From: an uncultured Chloroflexia bacterium | GTDB taxonomy: Bacteria; Chloroflexota; Dehalococcoidia; GIF9; AB-539-J10 | Direction of reading: 5' to 3' | DNA: 64,000 bases | Assembly (NCBI GenBank): GCA_963726175.1 | Contig: CAVSBM010000010.1 | Span: forward strand, 17,125 to 81,124 | Shown: positions 20,017 to 30,104 of the stretch, in pieces | Position numbering within the stretch: the first letter of the stretch is position 1 | Layout of the letters: every line of letters begins with the position of its first letter | Notes under the pieces: generated by a model | The model's input: only the letters and a program-made list of their open reading frames with translations | Databases searched by the model: none | Told to the model about the DNA's origin: nothing | Position numbers and translations under genes: made by a program

Positions 20017-20610
20017 TTGTCATGTATGGCAATTAGCTTAGACGAAGACGTCGAGAAACTGAGAGGAAGTCTTAACGGCTTACCTCAACCCCAGGTAGAG
20101 CCTCCACTGATAGTGGTGAGCGGGTTGCCAGGCGCGGGTAAGTCTTTTTTCTGCCGCACGCTGGCTGAGAAATTGTCGTTTCTCATCTTGGGAAGCGATG
20201 CTTTGCGAAAAGTCCTGTTTCCGACCCCTCAGTATAACGAACAGGAGAACAAGCGGCTTTTCTCTGCTTGTCATGTTCTCATCGAAGAGCTTCTAAGGAA
20301 GGGGATACCTGTCATTTTTGATGCCACAAACTTATTGGAGCATCATCGAGAATATCTTTACCGCGCCGCCGAAAGGGCCGGGGCCAAGCTGATCCTGGTT
20401 TGGGTTGAGGCCCCCCCAGAAGTGGTGCGGCAACGTCTTCTGGCCCGAGAAAAGGCAGCTATACCTGAGTATCACTCGGAAGCCGGGTGGGGAGTCTATA
20501 ATAAGATGAAGCCTCGCAGGCAGAAGATTTCCCGCAATCACCTTGTTGTTGATACCTCGCAGGATATTACTGCCGCAGTTGATAAGATTGTCCGCGCGAC
20601 AGGTAGATAA
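20017..20610 (+). CDS. P-loop kinase/AAA-type ATP-binding protein
   Basis: 197 aa. Walker A GLPGAGKSF. Size and layout match the small predicted-kinase (AAA_33-like) family. ATG at 20026 is a possible start. Confidence 0.55.
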   Translation: MSCMAISLDEDVEKLRGSLNGLPQPQVEPPLIVVSGLPGAGKSFFCRTLAEKLSFLILGSDALRKVLFPTPQYNEQENKRLFSACHVLIEELLRKGIPVIFDATNLLEHHREYLYRAAERAGAKLILVWVEAPPEVVRQRLLAREKAAIPEYHSEAGWGVYNKMKPRRQKISRNHLVVDTSQDITAAVDKIVRATGR

Positions 20611-20704
20611 GGAACAAAAATTTCCTCGCCAACCTCTTCAATTCTTCACTCAAATGAAGTAGAATAGATGTTCCGAAATTTACATATTCCGGCGGAGATG
20701 GATT

Positions 20705-22213
20705 TTGGAGACCAAAGTTGTAGCTGGGGACTTAACTCAAATCGAAGCTGATGCCATTGTAGTCAACCTTTTTGAGGGTGTGGAACAACTGGGCTTCGCC
20801 ACCGCTGCTGTGGATAAGGCTCTGGATGGAGCCATTAGCGCTCTCATTAATCGAAGTGAGATTAAGGGCAAGTTTGATGAAGTTGGCATTGTGCACACCT
20901 TTGGGAAGCTGCCTGCGAGAATAGTTGCTGTCGTCGGGTTGGGCAAGCGCCAGGATTTCAACGTTGATAAGATCCGCCGAGCGACAGGACAGTTTTGTCG
21001 AGCATTGCGCAAACTGAATTGCCACAAGATAGCTACAACACTGCATGGCGCTAGCATGGCTAGTATTGGCCTTGAAGCTTCAGCTGAAGCAATAGCCGAG
21101 GGCGCTATTCTTGGGCTCTATAGCTTCAGCAAATATAAGAAGCCTGAATACGAAGATATCGACGAAATCCTGATAGTAGCAAAAGAAGGAGAAGAGGTGC
21201 CGACAATAAAGTCGGCCATCGACAAGGGGAAGGCGGTAGCCCAAGCCACGAACATGGCTCGAGATATGGTTAATGAACCTGCTAACTACATGACGCCTAG
21301 CCGAATGGCCGAAGTAGCTAAGGAAATAGCTACCAAATATGACCTGGGGCTCAAGATCTTTGACCGAGAGGACATGGAGGCGATGGGCATGGGAGCACTC
21401 TTGGGCGTGGCGAAAGGAAGCAACCAGCCCCCAAAACTAATAGTTCTCAGCTATAAAGGCGATGAAGGTTCTCAAAAAACCATGGGCTTTCTAGGCAAGG
21501 GCATAACTTTTGATTCGGGAGGAATCTCCATTAAGGCGTCGGAAGGAATGGAGGAGATGAAAGATGACATGGCTGGTGCTGCTGCGGTTATGACGGCACT
21601 AGGGGCTATTGCTCAGCTGAAGCCGAAGATTAATGTCACCGCCGTCATACCAACTACCGAGAATCTGCCCAGCGGCACTGCATTGAAGCCAGGGGATATA
21701 CTGAAGGCAATGAATGGCAAGACCATAGAGGTGATAAGCACCGACGCCGAAGGAAGGCTTATCCTGGCTGATGCTTTGAGTTATGCCGCAAAACAAGGGG
21801 TGTCACCTTTGATAGATCTGGCTACTTTGACGGGAGCGTGTCGTATCGCTTTAGGCACCTTTTATAGCGGCCTGTTTGGCAATAACCAGGAACTGATAGA
21901 CAAAGTCCGCAAAGCTGCGGAAAGAACCGGTGAGAGGATGTGGCAAATGCCCATGCCGGAGGAGTATAAGGAACAAAACAAAAGCGACATCGCCGATATC
22001 AAGAACGCCGGCAACAGGATTGGTGGAGCTATCACGGCTGCCCTCTTCTTGGCTGAGTTTGTCGACAATGTCCCTTGGGTTCATATTGATATAGCTGGTA
22101 CTGCTTTCTCGTCAAAGGAGAGCGGCTACATAGCGAAAGGGGCTACCGGGGTCGGCGTCAGGACTTTGGTCGAATTAGCTTTGAGCGAGGCAAGGAATCG
22201 AGAGGTTATATGA
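20705..22213 (+). CDS. pepA: Leucyl aminopeptidase (M17)
   Basis: 502 aa. GKGITFDSGG and STDAEGRLILADAL signature motifs. Confidence 0.9.
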   Translation: METKVVAGDLTQIEADAIVVNLFEGVEQLGFATAAVDKALDGAISALINRSEIKGKFDEVGIVHTFGKLPARIVAVVGLGKRQDFNVDKIRRATGQFCRALRKLNCHKIATTLHGASMASIGLEASAEAIAEGAILGLYSFSKYKKPEYEDIDEILIVAKEGEEVPTIKSAIDKGKAVAQATNMARDMVNEPANYMTPSRMAEVAKEIATKYDLGLKIFDREDMEAMGMGALLGVAKGSNQPPKLIVLSYKGDEGSQKTMGFLGKGITFDSGGISIKASEGMEEMKDDMAGAAAVMTALGAIAQLKPKINVTAVIPTTENLPSGTALKPGDILKAMNGKTIEVISTDAEGRLILADALSYAAKQGVSPLIDLATLTGACRIALGTFYSGLFGNNQELIDKVRKAAERTGERMWQMPMPEEYKEQNKSDIADIKNAGNRIGGAITAALFLAEFVDNVPWVHIDIAGTAFSSKESGYIAKGATGVGVRTLVELALSEARNREVI

Positions 22214-22857
22214 AAGTAAAGTGGTTAGGTCACGCTTCTTTTCTAATCACCTCGAAAGGTGGTACTAAAATAATCACTGACCCTTATGCTGTGGGTGGAG
22301 GTATCGACTATTCTCCGATCAGGGAAACTGCCGATGTCGTTCTGGTGAGCCACGACCATGGCGACCACAGTAACGTTTCGGCAGTACAAGGGAAACCAGA
22401 GGTGGTTAGGGGTAGCGGCAAAAAGGCTGCTAAAGGCATCGAGTTCAAGGGCATCGCCACTTCTCACGATGCCTCCCAGGGCACAGAGAGAGGATCTAAC
22501 ACTGTCTTTTGTTTCACCATAGATGACCTAAAGCTTTGCCACCTGGGTGATTTAGGTCATGTCCTTAGCCCGGGACAGGTCACTCAAATTGGTGCCGTGG
22601 ATATACTGTTTGTCCCTGTAGGGGGCTTCTTTACTGTTGATGCCACTGTGGCGAGCCAAGTATGCGACCAGCTGAAGCCGAGAGTAACCATTCCCATGCA
22701 TTTCAAGACGCCTAAGTGTGCCTATCCTATAGCTGGTGTTGAGGATTTCCTCAGGGGCAAGAAAAATGTCAGAAAGATAGAGGGCAGTGAGGTGGGGTTC
22801 GAGCGCGAAAGACTTCCGGCTGCCACCGAGATTGTGCTATTGCAATCAGCTTTATGA
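22210..22857 (+). CDS. Metallo-beta-lactamase-fold hydrolase (UPF0173-like)
   Basis: 215 aa. MKVKWLGHASFLI start and SHDHGDH metal motif. 4-nt overlap with pepA. Confidence 0.75.
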   Translation: MKVKWLGHASFLITSKGGTKIITDPYAVGGGIDYSPIRETADVVLVSHDHGDHSNVSAVQGKPEVVRGSGKKAAKGIEFKGIATSHDASQGTERGSNTVFCFTIDDLKLCHLGDLGHVLSPGQVTQIGAVDILFVPVGGFFTVDATVASQVCDQLKPRVTIPMHFKTPKCAYPIAGVEDFLRGKKNVRKIEGSEVGFERERLPAATEIVLLQSAL

Positions 22858-22867
22858 CTATTGAGAT

Positions 22868-23620
22868 TTGGTCGCTGATATGAAGTCCATGATTGTCAAG
22901 GATTCGGATTTTGTGTTTACCCCGCCTCCTCAGCTGGCCTGGGCAAGACGAGTTTTGATCAAACCTTGTGCTGGCTATCCCTTGCCATACCCTGTAACTA
23001 CAAGTCCGAGAATGCTGAATGCCATTATCAGGGGCATTAGAAGAATCAGCAATGCAGATATCCTTATTGCCGATGGCAGCCCTAGCGGCGAATCGATTTA
23101 TCCAATATATCAGGCTTTGGGATATGACTTTCATCATGTGCTTATGCTTGATATCAGGGATTCGATTTTCATAGAGGTTCAGAATCCCTTGACTGACTTC
23201 TACGCTGTTGAGAGTTTCTGGGTACCAAATGTGGTGCTGCGCAGCGATTTCTTGATCAGCGTCACCCCCTTCAAAGTATCTGGCAGCTGCGGACACTTCA
23301 GCGTGGCAAACCTTCTGAGTCTCTTGCCGGTGGCCAAGTACAGAAAGGGTAGGTCGACTGGCTGGGGAACTCTGTACGATTTAGGGATTGAAAAAGTCCT
23401 TGCTGACCTTTATTTCACCTTGCCTTTTGATTTGGGTATTATCGAAGCCCGTCAGAAGTTTTTCTATACCGATGACCCAAAGAAGGGAAAACCGGAGGAT
23501 TATGGGAAAATCCTGATTGGCGAACCTCACGAAATTGATCTTAAGGCTTGTCAAATAGCCGGAGTTGACTGCGAGCACCTAAGACTGATCGACAAAGGCA
23601 GAATCCAACTTGAGGACTAA
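22868..23620 (+). CDS. Hypothetical protein, DUF362-like
   Basis: 250 aa. VLIKPCAGYP...VTTSPRMLNAIIRGIR...ILIADGS resembles the DUF362 N-terminal pattern. This is from memory, not verified. Confidence 0.4.
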   Translation: MVADMKSMIVKDSDFVFTPPPQLAWARRVLIKPCAGYPLPYPVTTSPRMLNAIIRGIRRISNADILIADGSPSGESIYPIYQALGYDFHHVLMLDIRDSIFIEVQNPLTDFYAVESFWVPNVVLRSDFLISVTPFKVSGSCGHFSVANLLSLLPVAKYRKGRSTGWGTLYDLGIEKVLADLYFTLPFDLGIIEARQKFFYTDDPKKGKPEDYGKILIGEPHEIDLKACQIAGVDCEHLRLIDKGRIQLED

Positions 23621-23750
23621 GTGACTCCTGAATTAATCTAGACTCTAAGCTCTGTACAAGTCCGAATTTCCAGATTCAAGACTATTTAGATTACGGAGGT
23701 TTTGGCTTTCGGTATTGTTTAGGATATGGATTTGGTGCTTAGGATTTCCC

Positions 23751-24035
23751 TTAATATCTTATAGTGAAATTGGCGAACTGCCCTGTATATTCCGACCAGT
23801 CTGTCTCGACTCTCTTCACGGAAGCTCCGGGCGGGCCCGTCTTAAGTTCCTCCAGTAGCCTATCCAACTGTGGCTTTTCCCCTTCAGCTTTGATTTCCAC
23901 GGCATCGCCGCTGGCAAGGTTGCGAACATAGCCTCTTAGACCCAGCCTCCTGGCCACATTCCGAACGAAGTAGCGAAAATAGACGCCCTGAACTCGCCCA
24001 TAAACAGTCGCGGAAAGACATGCCGCACCAGCCAT
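23751..24035 (-). CDS. acyP: Acylphosphatase
   Basis: 94 aa. VYGRVQGVYFRYFV...GYVRN signature. Confidence 0.85.
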   Translation of the reverse strand: MAGAACLSATVYGRVQGVYFRYFVRNVARRLGLRGYVRNLASGDAVEIKAEGEKPQLDRLLEELKTGPPGASVKRVETDWSEYTGQFANFTIRY

Positions 24036-24095
24036 TTATTACCCCAGGTCACCCTTTTTGTTGTCTGCTATCTTCCTCATTCTGAGCCGGTCGTG

Positions 24096-25030
24096 TCATT
24101 CTGACAGAATGGGAAGAAGCTCCGCAGGGTGGACTTTATCCAGCCGACTTAGCCCTGCTTCTCGGGCAAGGGATAGTGCTTCACGGAATTCTGCAGATGA
24201 TATTCGCCGCCCTAAACTCGGAATTCGAAGAGCTTCATGGCAGGGATGGTATTGAGCCATAATATTCACATAGGTGTTGCGGCAAATTTCTTCGCTGAGA
24301 AAATGGACTATCCCTTTTGTTCCTGCCAAATCGTGAGGTAGGACCAGGTGTCGAACCAGGAGCCCTCTTTGAGCCACTCCCTCTTTATTTACCTCCAGGT
24401 CACCTGTTTGGCGATGCATTTCTTTGACCGCTGCTTTGTTTACCTCAGGATAGTTTCTAATACCCGACAACTCCCTGGCTGTATTCTCATCGTCATATTT
24501 CATGTCTGGCATATAGATGTCAATAATGCCGTCGAGTATCTGCAAGGTGTCCACAGAGTCATACCCGCCACTGTTATACACCAAGGGGACTTTCAAGCCT
24601 GATTCCGCCGCTAGCTCGAGTGCTTCCAGAATCTGAGGAACTACGTGGGTCGGAGACACCAAATTTATATTGTGACATCCCTTCGCTTGAAGAGAGAGCA
24701 TTATGTAAGCCAGCTCTTCTTTGCTCACCTTCTGACCTTCGCCACGCTGGCTAATGGAGTAGTTCTGACAGAATAGACATCTAAGGTTGCAGTTGGTGAA
24801 GAATATCGTGCCCGAACCATACCTGCCCACCAGTGGGGCCTCCTCGCCGAAGTGGGGTCCGTAGCTGGATACCAATGCTTCCCGAGACGTCCGACACTCG
24901 CCTATATCGCCGGCTAGGCGATTCACACCACAACCCCGGGGGCATACCAGCAACTCTCGAGTAAAGACAAAGCCGTCTCAACCCGTTCCCGCAATTTGCC
25001 ACGATGGTATAGCTCCCGGTAAGCTGCCAA
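24096..25030 (-). CDS. PflX-like radical SAM enzyme (COG1313-type activating-enzyme homologue), one frame break near 24950
   Basis: YGPHFGEEAPLVGRYGSGTIFFTNCNLRCLFCQNYSISQ cluster region. The N-terminus MAAYRELYHRGKLRERVETALSLLESC is in another frame, starting at TTG 25030 and joining CPRGCGVNRLAG. Confidence 0.75.
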
Positions 25031-25034
25031 CTAT

Positions 25035-25181
25035 CTATTCCTCGTATTCCTCAGCGGGCTTCCTCTTCTTCTTGATTAACTCTACTTCCACCTGTGGCAC
25101 CAGTACCGAGATTGGTTTGCTTTTCTGTGCCCCCTTCTTGGGTTTTTTGGCCTCTCGCCGTCTATAGTCTCGTCTACCCAT
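25035..25181 (-). CDS. Small Lys/Arg-rich protein (48 aa), unannotated in the ORF track
   Basis: Minus-strand ATG at 25181 overlaps the rnc stop by 8 nt. It reads MGRRDYRRREAKKPKKGAQKSKPISVLVPQVEVELIKKKRKPAEEYEE*. Its TAG lies 4 nt before the TTG start of the radical-SAM gene, so it fits tightly between two genes. Confidence 0.4.
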   Translation of the reverse strand: MGRRDYRRREAKKPKKGAQKSKPISVLVPQVEVELIKKKRKPAEEYEE

Positions 25182-25899
25182 GGCTACACCTCAGTTTTTC
25201 CCAAGCTGCTCTCGCCGCTTGGTTCTCAGCAACTTTTTTGCTGCTTCCCGTTCCTGTACCTAATGCTTCGTCTTCGACCAAGATTTCGGTCGTGAATTGC
25301 TTGTTGTGGTCAGGACCAATGGCTTCCACCAAACGATAAACAGGCGTCGGTCTCTTTTGTCCCTGGATGAACTCTTGCACCAATGCCTTGTAGTTCGGCA
25401 TTGTCTCTCCTGTCTTTATTCTTTCCAACTCCGGCCTGAGCTGCCTGAGAATGAATCGCCGAGCTTTAGCTAGCCCCTGGTCCAAATACAAAGCACCGAT
25501 CAGTGCTTCCATAGCGTTTGCCAGGTTGCTTGCCTTCTCCCTACCCCCGCTTAACTCCTCGCCTCGTCCTAACAAGAGCCAGTCGCCGAGCTGAAGCGAA
25601 GAAGCTAGGTCAGCCAGGGTATCCCGGCAAACTAAAGAGGCACGGATCTCGGTTAACTCTCCCTCGCATAATTCGGGAAACTCTTCATACAGCTTTGCTG
25701 TCACAACGAAATTCAGGACAGCATCACCCAGAAACTCCAGGCGCTCGTTGCTAGGGTACCTGACGTCGGGATTTTCGTTACAGTAAGACGAGTGGACAAA
25801 AGCTTGCTCCAGCAAGGCCTCCTGGCCGAAGGATATTCCCAGGTTCTTCTGGCAATATTTCCAATCAACCATTTTCAGAACAAAGTATAGCAACAACAC
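25174..25899 (-). CDS. rnc: Ribonuclease III
   Basis: NERLEFLGDAVLNFVV signature and a C-terminal dsRBD. The likely true start is ATG 25872 (MVDWKY...). Confidence 0.9.
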   Translation of the reverse strand: MLLLYFVLKMVDWKYCQKNLGISFGQEALLEQAFVHSSYCNENPDVRYPSNERLEFLGDAVLNFVVTAKLYEEFPELCEGELTEIRASLVCRDTLADLASSLQLGDWLLLGRGEELSGGREKASNLANAMEALIGALYLDQGLAKARRFILRQLRPELERIKTGETMPNYKALVQEFIQGQKRPTPVYRLVEAIGPDHNKQFTTEILVEDEALGTGTGSSKKVAENQAARAAWEKLRCSHG

Positions 25900-26047
25900 T
25901 TAGCTAGCTCAACCTGCCAATTTCCTAGAGTTGCTCGTGCCATTGGGCAAACAATTGGCCCTAATATAACTATTCGTCGTGATCCACGTTACGGCCTGCG
26001 GGGTTGGCCAGAAAGGTGTTCTCGAGCTTGAAAAGTCTGTATCTCAA

Positions 26048-27558
26048 TTAATTGGCCTTGGCGCAGATTGGGGGAATGCGTTCAGACCACGGCCTTGCTT
26101 TTTCCAGTTGACCGGCCAAACGGAATAACGTGGCTTCGTCACCATATCGTCCGACAAACTGCATGCCAATAGGTAGTCCTGCATCGTTCCAGTAGAGCGG
26201 GACCGACATGGCTGGCTGACCCGTAACATTGAACAGCGGCGTGTAGGGCATGAATCCGAAGACGTGTTCGGCAAGAGCATCTATCCCACTGATAGTGCTA
26301 ATCAACCCACCGGCATTGAGACTACCCAGCAATTTCATGGCCGCAGCCCGTATCCCTTTCGGTTGAAGCGTACCTGTAGCCACGGGGGGCATGGCCAGCG
26401 TGGGAGTCAGCAGGACATCATACTTTTCGAAAAACTCACCAATTTGGCGAGCTGTAAGTTGGGCCAGGTTAAGAGACTTAGAGAACTCAGGCGCCCGGCA
26501 CTGCCTGCCAAGCAAGCCGAGTGCCCATGTGCTAGGTTCAAAATCCTTAAACGAAGCTTTACGGTTCAATAGCACCTCGGCCTCCTCAATTGTGGCTCTG
26601 GTTTCGACACAAACTATCGTCAGAAAAGCCTTAGCAAAGGCTCTGCCATCTATTTGAGGTGCTGCTTCTACCACCTCATGGCCGAGGTCCTGGCATAGTT
26701 TAGCCGTCGCCTCCAGACCCTTCACACAATCTTTGTCAACAGTGGCACCAAGAAAAGGTTTTGAGGTAAAGGCAATTCGCAACTTTCCCGGGTCGGTGCC
26801 AACTTCACTGAGGAAGGGACGAGCCGGTGGCACGGCATAGTAAAGAGCTCCGACATCTGGTCCGGCGGTGGCATCCAGCATGGCAGCACTATCGCGAACC
26901 GAGCGGGTTAAAACGTGGCCACAAGCCAAGCCACGCCAGAGCCTCACCAAAATCAGGGCCTACTGGGTTGCGACCCCGGGTCGGCTTGAGACCGAACACA
27001 CCACAGCAGGAAGCCGGTATGCCGGATAGAACCACCACCATCAGCGCCATGGGCTAGGGGAACCATCCGTGCGGCCACAGCGGCAGCCGAGCCGCCGCTG
27101 GAACCACCCGGAGTACGGCTCAGGTCCCAGGGATTGTTGGTAGGGCCAAACAACTCTGGCTCGGTTATTGGCACTAGCCCGAACTCTGGCGTATTAGTCT
27201 TGCCAACGACGATGATGCCAGCTGCCTTAAACCGCTTGACCAGCTCACTATCATGGTCTGGTACAAAGTCCTTAAAGAACCGACTGCCGCTCGTTAGGGG
27301 AACCCCGGCATAAGCCATCATGATGTCTTTCATCAGGAAGGGAACGCCTTTGAAGGGACCATCTGGCAGGTCTCCGTCGGCAGCTTTTCGAGCCAGTTCA
27401 TACATCTTGTAGATTACTGCGTTAAGCTGTGGATTGAGCTTTTCGATACGACTTATTGCCTCTTCAACCAGTTCGCTGGGCTTGACCTCTTTCTTTCGCA
27501 CGAGCTCAGCCAGACCGAGGCCATCATATTTGTCATAGTCACTGAAGCCACTCATCAT
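26048..27558 (-). CDS. Amidase-signature family amidase (two frame breaks near 27020 and 26950)
   Basis: [29 protein letters not shown] amidase signature. Continuation ...[26 protein letters not shown] is in a second frame and [24 protein letters not shown] in a third. ORF pieces are 26953-27558 and 26048-26950. Confidence 0.8.
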
Positions 27559-27812
27559 AAACCTCCTTGTTTACTTTCGCAGAAGCAGTTCAGCGATTTT
27601 GCTTGATGAATCAAGCAACTACAAGAATCTATAGTAACATTATATTCCTTCGAACTCCGTCACGACAATCACTGGTTATCAAGGCTTTGCTCACATAATA
27701 AAGAGCCAACACTTGCCTTTGATCAAGGAAGCTCATCGTCCCTTCTACTTGGCATATTTCCACCAAATTAGAGCCTGTGCTGTCCTCCCAAGAGTCTAGC
27801 CTCTGTTACTCT

Positions 27813-27842
27813 TTGGAGGCTTTCTCCCCTCAATGCTATAAT
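27813..27842 (+). promoter_or_regulatory. Promoter candidate with extended -10 immediately upstream of pcrA
   Basis: TTGGAG (27813-27818), 18 nt, TGcTATAAT (-10 at 27837-27842). The ATG at 27858 is only 15 nt after the -10 and has no SD. Confidence 0.35.
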
Positions 27843-27857
27843 AGTTGCTTAGTCTCC

Positions 27858-30062
27858 ATGGACATCCTAGCCACCCTTAACCCTGCCCAGAGAGAAGCTG
27901 TGGAGGCCATCAAAGGGCCTGTACTTATCCTGGCGGGACCCGGCAGCGGCAAGACCAGAGTGATTACCCATCGGGTCGCTTATCTGGTTAAACACTGCGG
28001 CATTAGTCCCCACCACGTCATGGCGGTTACCTTTACCAACAAAGCCGCCCGAGAGATGAGAGAGAGATTGGAACAACTCCTGGGACAGGCCATAGAAGCT
28101 TTGACTTTAGGCACTTTTCACGCCATTTGTGCTCGAATTCTCCGTCATGAGGGCAAAGCCATCGGGCTTGAGTCGAGTTTCGTTATCTACGATGAAGATG
28201 ACCAGTTAAGGTTGATGAAACAAGTCCTGGAGGAATTGAATCTTGACCCCAAGCAATACGCTCCTCAGGCTCTACGCTCAGCCATCAGCTCCGCTAAGAG
28301 CCGTCTCATTAGCCCCAAGGACTACGCCCAGCGAGTTAGCAGCTATTTTGAAGAGATAGTTCACAGAGTGTATCAGAGGTATCAGGAATTGCTTAACCAG
28401 GCTCAGGCGGTGGATTTCGACGACTTACTGATGAAAACGGTACAGTTGTTCCAGGACCATCCTCACATCCTCACCAGGTACCAGTCAAGGTATGTTCATA
28501 TTTTGGTTGACGAATTCCAAGATACCAATATCGCCCAGTATGAGCTGATGAAGCAGCTAGCAGCGAAATACCGAAACCTGTGTGTGGTCGGTGACCCTGA
28601 CCAATCTATTTATTCCTGGAGATTTGCTGATTTACGTAATATCCTGAGTTTTGAGAAGGATTACCCCGAAGCCAAGGTGGTGTTTTTAGAGCAGAACTAC
28701 CGCTCCACCAAGACAATTTTAGAGGTAGCCTCAGACGTTATCTCAACCAATGTGCTGCGCAAGCCTAAAAAGCTGTGGACAGAAAACGAAGATGGAGCCC
28801 AGGTAACCGTTATCGAGAGTTATAATGCCGAGGAAGAAGCTCAATCCGTGGTCAGTGAGATTGAGAAGCTTGTTAGCCAGGAGCAAATACCCCTCAAAGA
28901 TTCCGCCGTCATGTATAGGGTCAATGCTCAATCACGAGTCCTGGAAGAGACTTTCTTGAGATATGGTGTGCCTTATAGACTGGTTGGCGGCACGCGCTTT
29001 TACCAGAGGCAAGAGATCAAAGACATTATTGCCTACCTTAGAGTCATCCATAATCCGCAGGACAACGTCAGTTTACTCCGAATCATAAATGTGCCCGCTA
29101 GAGGCATCGGACAAAAGACCATTAGCACGCTACAATCCTGGGCAAAAGTTCATGACGTCTCCCTCTTCGAGGCTGTAGCACAAATAAGTCAAAATGCTGT
29201 TGCCAACGAAGCGAAACAAGCTCTTTCCCCACATATCATCCAGGCTCTGGCTGGGTTTGATGCCCTTATGGCTAGCCTTACCGCCCACAGCCGTGAGGTA
29301 GGTCTTTCTCGTCTACTGGATGAGATACTAGAGTACACGAGATATAGAGAATACATTCTGGCTAAAGAAGACGGAGAGGAAAAATGGGAGAACATAGCTG
29401 AACTGCGCAATGTCGCCAGTGAATACGATGAGCTCACTCCTACAGAGGCTCTGACCAGTTTCCTTGAAAAAGTGAGCCTGGTATCGGATATAGATGAACT
29501 GGATGAAAGAGCTGACGCCGTGACTTTGATCACCTTGCATCAAGCCAAAGGATTGGAGTTTCCCGCGGTCTTTATTGTTGGTCTGGAGGAAGGAATTCTC
29601 CCACACAGAAGATCTTTCGACGACCCCCAAGAAATGGAAGAGGAACGTCGTCTCTGCTACGTGGGAATAACCAGGGCTAAGAAGCGGCTCTACCTTTTAC
29701 GCAGTTACCGTCGAAACTTATTCGGCGGCAGCACGGCAAACCCACCATCTCGCTTCCTTCACGACATCTCCCCGCATCTGATAAGTCCAAAAGGACTATG
29801 GGAGGAGAGCCTAACTCCCATAGCCAGTGGCAACTTTAGCCGTGACTTCCAGCCTTCACCGCGACCTGTTGCCAATCTAACGCTAAAAGTCGGTGATCAT
29901 GTCCACCACAGCAAATTTGGCCCCGGCATAGTAATGAATTGTAGTCCTACAAAGGATGACCAAGAGCTGACCGTAGCCTTTGAAGAGGCCGGGGTTAAGA
30001 AGCTCCTGGCCAGCCTGGCACCTCTGGAAAAAATCGAAAAGGATTTCGGATTCTCCCCATAG
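27858..30062 (+). CDS. pcrA: ATP-dependent DNA helicase PcrA/UvrD
   Basis: LNPAQREAV...AGPGSGKTRV (Walker A), VDEFQDTN, and a UvrD C-terminal domain. The start is placed at MDILATLNPAQ rather than the upstream GTG at 27777. Confidence 0.9.
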   Translation: MDILATLNPAQREAVEAIKGPVLILAGPGSGKTRVITHRVAYLVKHCGISPHHVMAVTFTNKAAREMRERLEQLLGQAIEALTLGTFHAICARILRHEGKAIGLESSFVIYDEDDQLRLMKQVLEELNLDPKQYAPQALRSAISSAKSRLISPKDYAQRVSSYFEEIVHRVYQRYQELLNQAQAVDFDDLLMKTVQLFQDHPHILTRYQSRYVHILVDEFQDTNIAQYELMKQLAAKYRNLCVVGDPDQSIYSWRFADLRNILSFEKDYPEAKVVFLEQNYRSTKTILEVASDVISTNVLRKPKKLWTENEDGAQVTVIESYNAEEEAQSVVSEIEKLVSQEQIPLKDSAVMYRVNAQSRVLEETFLRYGVPYRLVGGTRFYQRQEIKDIIAYLRVIHNPQDNVSLLRIINVPARGIGQKTISTLQSWAKVHDVSLFEAVAQISQNAVANEAKQALSPHIIQALAGFDALMASLTAHSREVGLSRLLDEILEYTRYREYILAKEDGEEKWENIAELRNVASEYDELTPTEALTSFLEKVSLVSDIDELDERADAVTLITLHQAKGLEFPAVFIVGLEEGILPHRRSFDDPQEMEEERRLCYVGITRAKKRLYLLRSYRRNLFGGSTANPPSRFLHDISPHLISPKGLWEESLTPIASGNFSRDFQPSPRPVANLTLKVGDHVHHSKFGPGIVMNCSPTKDDQELTVAFEEAGVKKLLASLAPLEKIEKDFGFSP

Positions 30063-30066
30063 ACTA

Positions 30067-30095
30067 TTGACAGAATACACGAAACCGTGTAAACT
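30067..30095 (+). promoter_or_regulatory. Sigma-70-like promoter candidate abutting the mutL start codon
   Basis: TTGACA (30067-30072), 17 nt, TAAACT (30090-30095). The ATG at 30105 is 9 nt after the -10 and has no SD. Confidence 0.4.
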
Positions 30096-30104
30096 CAACT
30101 GTAG

